The notes beneath the pieces were generated by a model. The model saw only the letters and a program-made list of their open reading frames with translations, did not search any database and was not told the DNA's origin. A stretch of DNA of 37,672 bases from a virus (lineage: Duplodnaviria > Caudoviricetes): positions 1-37,672 of the IMG/VR virus record IMGVR_UViG_3300025875_000066. One strand, written 5' to 3'. Of this stretch, positions 34,801 to 37,672 are shown piece after piece. The translations under genes and the position numbers were made by a program. Positions within the stretch are counted from its first letter, which is position 1. Each line of letters opens with the position of its first letter.

Positions 34801-35049
34801 ATGGCTACAGAAGAAAAAAATCAAGCGGAAACCCCAGCGGAAAACCTTCCGACTATTAACGATACAGCGGTTCAGTCCGACCTTCCAGAAGCTACGGACG
34901 GTAGTAAGGAAACTCAGGAAGCGACCGAGTTCGAGACGTTTATGGTTACTCTCGGTGGCCGGGTATATTCAGTAAAAGCTCGTAACAGTGTCGAAGCTGG
35001 TAAAAAAGCTCAGGCTAAGTTCGATAAAGAGACGAAGGAGACAAAATAA
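34801..35049 (+). CDS. Small acidic hypothetical protein (82 aa)
   Basis: GAGGAG SD; TATAAT at 34773. Confidence 0.75.
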   Translation: MATEEKNQAETPAENLPTINDTAVQSDLPEATDGSKETQEATEFETFMVTLGGRVYSVKARNSVEAGKKAQAKFDKETKETK

Positions 35050-36044
35050 TGAGTGATTTTATCAGCCGTAACGTAGCCTTCGGCTACCAAAAAGAAGCAG
35101 TTCGTGGAACAGCTATCCAAGACGCCGTTAAATGGGTCGGCAAGCTAGACTTCGACTTTCTCCCAGATATTGAAGCAATCGACAACGAGACAGGCTATAA
35201 CCATATCGCCGGGCTCTCTGGTTCGAACATTATTCGCCGAGGCGGTGCTGGTGGTTTTACCTCCCTTCTTTTCGATAGAGGTATCGGACACCACTTTAAC
35301 CTTCTCTTCGGCCAAGCTCCGACTACTACAACAGTATCGGGAACAGGTAACGAGGGCGTTAAAAAGCACGTTTGGGCTCTTTTAAATAACAACAGCCACC
35401 AAAGTTACACTATTCACACTGTCGAGGGCGACGTAGACCAGCTGAGCTACCCGGGTGCTATCCTCGACGAGACGACTATCGACATCGTTACGGACGACTA
35501 CGCTAAGATCGCCAGCTCGTTTATGAGCCGTAAGGCCCAAGACCCAAGCGGAACTCTTGTACCAGCGTACACCGAAGAGAACGAATTCCTTCCTATCCAC
35601 GCTAGCGTAGCGGTCGCTCTGAAGGGCGAAGACCTCGAGGAAGCCGCCGTAGTCGCTGACGTTACCGAAGCCCACTTTACGGCCAGTAAGAACCCAACTA
35701 AGCGGCCTTCTATCAGTTCTGATAGCTCAGACCCTCGTAACACCGTAATAGCTGGCCAGCTTGAAATTAAGCTGTACTACAACTCGAAGACGTTCAAGGC
35801 GTACCGAGATAATCAGACGAAGCTTGCTATGCGTTTGAAGGTTGAAAACACCGACGTAGAAATCGGAGCTGACCAACACCCGACCGTTATTCTCGACGTT
35901 CCTTACACTAAGGTTAAAGAATGGTCTCCAGACTACGGCGACACTGAAATGAGTACCCAAACTATTACCTGTCCTGTATTCCTCGACCTTGCTACTGGTA
36001 AGTTCATCGAAGGAACGGTTATTAACCTCGAGACTAGCTACTAG
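35049..36044 (+). CDS. Major tail tube protein (331 aa)
   Basis: FGYQKEAVRGT...KKHVW...SYTI...YPGA; precedes the chaperone and TMP; no sheath gene. Confidence 0.8.
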   Translation: MSDFISRNVAFGYQKEAVRGTAIQDAVKWVGKLDFDFLPDIEAIDNETGYNHIAGLSGSNIIRRGGAGGFTSLLFDRGIGHHFNLLFGQAPTTTTVSGTGNEGVKKHVWALLNNNSHQSYTIHTVEGDVDQLSYPGAILDETTIDIVTDDYAKIASSFMSRKAQDPSGTLVPAYTEENEFLPIHASVAVALKGEDLEEAAVVADVTEAHFTASKNPTKRPSISSDSSDPRNTVIAGQLEIKLYYNSKTFKAYRDNQTKLAMRLKVENTDVEIGADQHPTVILDVPYTKVKEWSPDYGDTEMSTQTITCPVFLDLATGKFIEGTVINLETSY

Positions 36045-36061
36045 GCCTCCGAAGACGCTTT

Positions 36062-36100
36062 TGGTATAATACGAATACCATTAAAAAAAGGAGACCTAAC
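36062..36100 (+). promoter_or_regulatory. TGGTATAAT promoter and AAAGGAGACCTAAC RBS box
   Basis: Extended -10 plus the recurrent box. Confidence 0.72.
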
Positions 36101-36101
36101 A

Positions 36102-36467
36102 ATGGCAGAACGAGAAACTGTAGAATTTACTACAAAATCAGGACAAAATAAAGTAGTTCTAAACACCTACTTAACCCGAAGAGAGCGACGTAAAATTAAA
36201 AACGCTCTGTTCGGTGGTAAAGAAATCGCTGTAGACGGTAAGAAGGATATTAAAGCTTCGATTAACATGGAGCTTACCGATGTAGCCGAAGACGAAACGT
36301 TTAACGCTATGATCGTCGAGCTTAATGGTTCGAACGAAAATATTCTTGATCGTATGCTAGAAATGAGCGACGTCGAGGCCGACGAAATTAAGGCTAAGAT
36401 CGACGAACTTACTAGCCCGGCTGACGAAGAAAAAAAAGGCTCTGGCTCGAAGGCTACCGTAAGTTAG
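36102..36467 (+). CDS. Tail assembly chaperone (gpG analogue)
   Basis: Between tube and TMP; A8 slippery run at 36430-36437. Confidence 0.8.
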   Translation: MAERETVEFTTKSGQNKVVLNTYLTRRERRKIKNALFGGKEIAVDGKKDIKASINMELTDVAEDETFNAMIVELNGSNENILDRMLEMSDVEADEIKAKIDELTSPADEEKKGSGSKATVS

Positions 36468-36670
36468 TTGGAGGCGAGCCGTCGAAAAAAATTCCTTCCG
36501 AACTCTACGACGCTCTAATAGTTGAAAAAACTGGTTGGCCGTACGAAGTATTACGAGCACAACCAGAATGGCTATTAGAGGCTTTATCTACTATTATTAT
36601 TACAGATAAGCAAGCCGAAAGAGCCCACAGGAAGGAATTAACGAAGGCATGGACGAACAGCAAGCGTTAG
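36437..36670 (+). CDS. -1 frameshift extension of the tail chaperone (gpGT analogue; fusion ~189 aa)
   Basis: ATG-less open -1 frame RLWLEGYRK...TGWPYEVLRAQPEW...SKR*. Confidence 0.8.
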   Translation, partial: RLWLEGYRKLVGGEPSKKIPSELYDALIVEKTGWPYEVLRAQPEWLLEALSTIIITDKQAERAHRKELTKAWTNSKR

Positions 36671-37672
36671 CGGTAATAATCAAGGCTCAAGATGAGGCCT
36701 CCGCTACTCTGAAAAAAGTTCAGCGTGAGCTTGCTAATACTAAGCAGTCCGTTAAAGATGTTGGAGATCAAAGCGAGAGTTTAAGTCGTCTCAATAACAC
36801 GTTCGACGGTGTTGGGGCGACTGTTTCTCGTTTCGGTATGATCGCTGGGGCGGCTACGGCCGCCGCTGGTATAGCTTCGGTTAAAATGGCTGGAGACTTC
36901 GAGCAATCGTTAAATATTCTAGGAAGTGTTACGTCGGCTACCGATAAGCAAATGGCCCAGCTTAGCGAAACCGCTAGGCAATTAGGCCAAGACGCCGCCC
37001 TTCCGGGTATATCAGCGAAAGACGCCGCCGCCGCTATGACCGAGCTCGGTAAAGCCGGGCTGTCAGTAAATGATATTCTAACCTCCTCTAAGGGAGTGCT
37101 CTCGCTGGCTAAGGCTGGCCAGATCGACGTAGCTTCGGCCGCTACTGTAACGGCCCGGGCTCTAAATGCTTTCGGGCTCGAAGGAAAAGAAGCTTCTCGT
37201 ATTGCCGACCTCCTCTCGGCTGGTGCTAACGCCTCGACAGCCTCGGTACAAGATATGGCTATGGGACTTCAGCAAGTGGGAGCTGGAGCGGCTTCTATGG
37301 GCGTTAGTCTCGACGATACCGTTACGGCCCTCTCTATGTTCTCCAACGCTGGTATTAACGGCTCTGACGCTGGTACTTCATTAAAGACTATGCTCGCCCG
37401 GCTCGTGCCGTCTACGGACGACGCCGCCGAAGCTATGCAAAAACTCGGACTTAATTTTTTCGACGCTAAGGGTAACTTCGTCGGTCTCGAAGACACGTCT
37501 CGCCAGCTACAAGGTGCTTTAGGTAAACTATCCACCGAGCAACGTACGGCCGCTCTAAATACCATATTCGGTTCTGACGCCTCTCGAGCCGCCAGCATTT
37601 TCGCCGTACAAGGAGCTGACGCCTTTAATAAAATGTCTACCGCTGTTAATAAGCAAGGAGCGGCTACCGACT
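36649..37672 (+). CDS. Tape measure protein, N-terminal part (TP901-type core)
   Basis: IIKAQDEAS...FEQS...AMTELGKAG...GSDAGTSLKTML; runs into the terminal repeat. Confidence 0.93.
   Translation, partial: MDEQQALAVIIKAQDEASATLKKVQRELANTKQSVKDVGDQSESLSRLNNTFDGVGATVSRFGMIAGAATAAAGIASVKMAGDFEQSLNILGSVTSATDKQMAQLSETARQLGQDAALPGISAKDAAAAMTELGKAGLSVNDILTSSKGVLSLAKAGQIDVASAATVTARALNAFGLEGKEASRIADLLSAGANASTASVQDMAMGLQQVGAGAASMGVSLDDTVTALSMFSNAGINGSDAGTSLKTMLARLVPSTDDAAEAMQKLGLNFFDAKGNFVGLEDTSRQLQGALGKLSTEQRTAALNTIFGSDASRAASIFAVQGADAFNKMSTAVNKQGAATD
37546..37672. repeat. Terminal direct repeat, right copy
   Basis: Identical to 1-127. Confidence 0.97.

Noticed and set aside
37546-37672. Biological terminal repeat or att site
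   Set aside because: Exactly 127 bp, a common assembler k-mer, and it falls in the middle of the tape measure ORF
1-37672. CRISPR array, tRNAs, integrase/transposase, reverse transcriptase/DGR
   Set aside because: No regularly spaced repeats, cloverleaf, recombinase or RT motifs, or TR/VR pair seen by eye; dedicated scans were not run

Overview
Complete, circularly permuted tailed-phage genome of 37,545 bp. Bases 37546-37672 repeat 1-127 exactly, which looks like an assembly overlap. It uses the standard genetic code and has a non-contractile (sipho-type) tail. Layout: a rightward late arm (25500-37672 joined to 1-11095) encodes TerS/TerL, a Mu-like head module (portal fused to a MuF domain, protease/scaffold, decoration, gpT-like capsid), neck and tail tube genes, a frameshifted tail chaperone, a ~982-aa tape measure, tail-tip genes and a lysis module. 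A leftward early arm (11493-21120) encodes a secreted Rpf-like transglycosylase, an HNH nuclease, a clamp-like protein, a KGG protein, and a RecT-like annealase with an exonuclease. A rightward middle arm (21461-25473) includes a stand-alone LexA-type DNA-binding domain. I found no integrase, transposase, polymerase, helicase or cleavable CI repressor. The most notable signal is non-coding. A candidate ~90-nt sRNA (20725-20815) carries GUUAGGUCUC, complementary to a conserved GAGACCTAAC box at the ribosome-binding sites of seven or more genes, mostly first in their transcription units. A second candidate antisense RNA from a perfect-consensus promoter opposes a putative replication gene beside a DnaA-box cluster. 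Two recurrent promoter boxes (CCGAACAAA, CGGAAGCGGTA) are also present. The host is possibly a Patescibacteria/Saccharibacteria-type or actinobacterial cell (inference only). All protein-family calls are from motif recognition by eye, not database searches.
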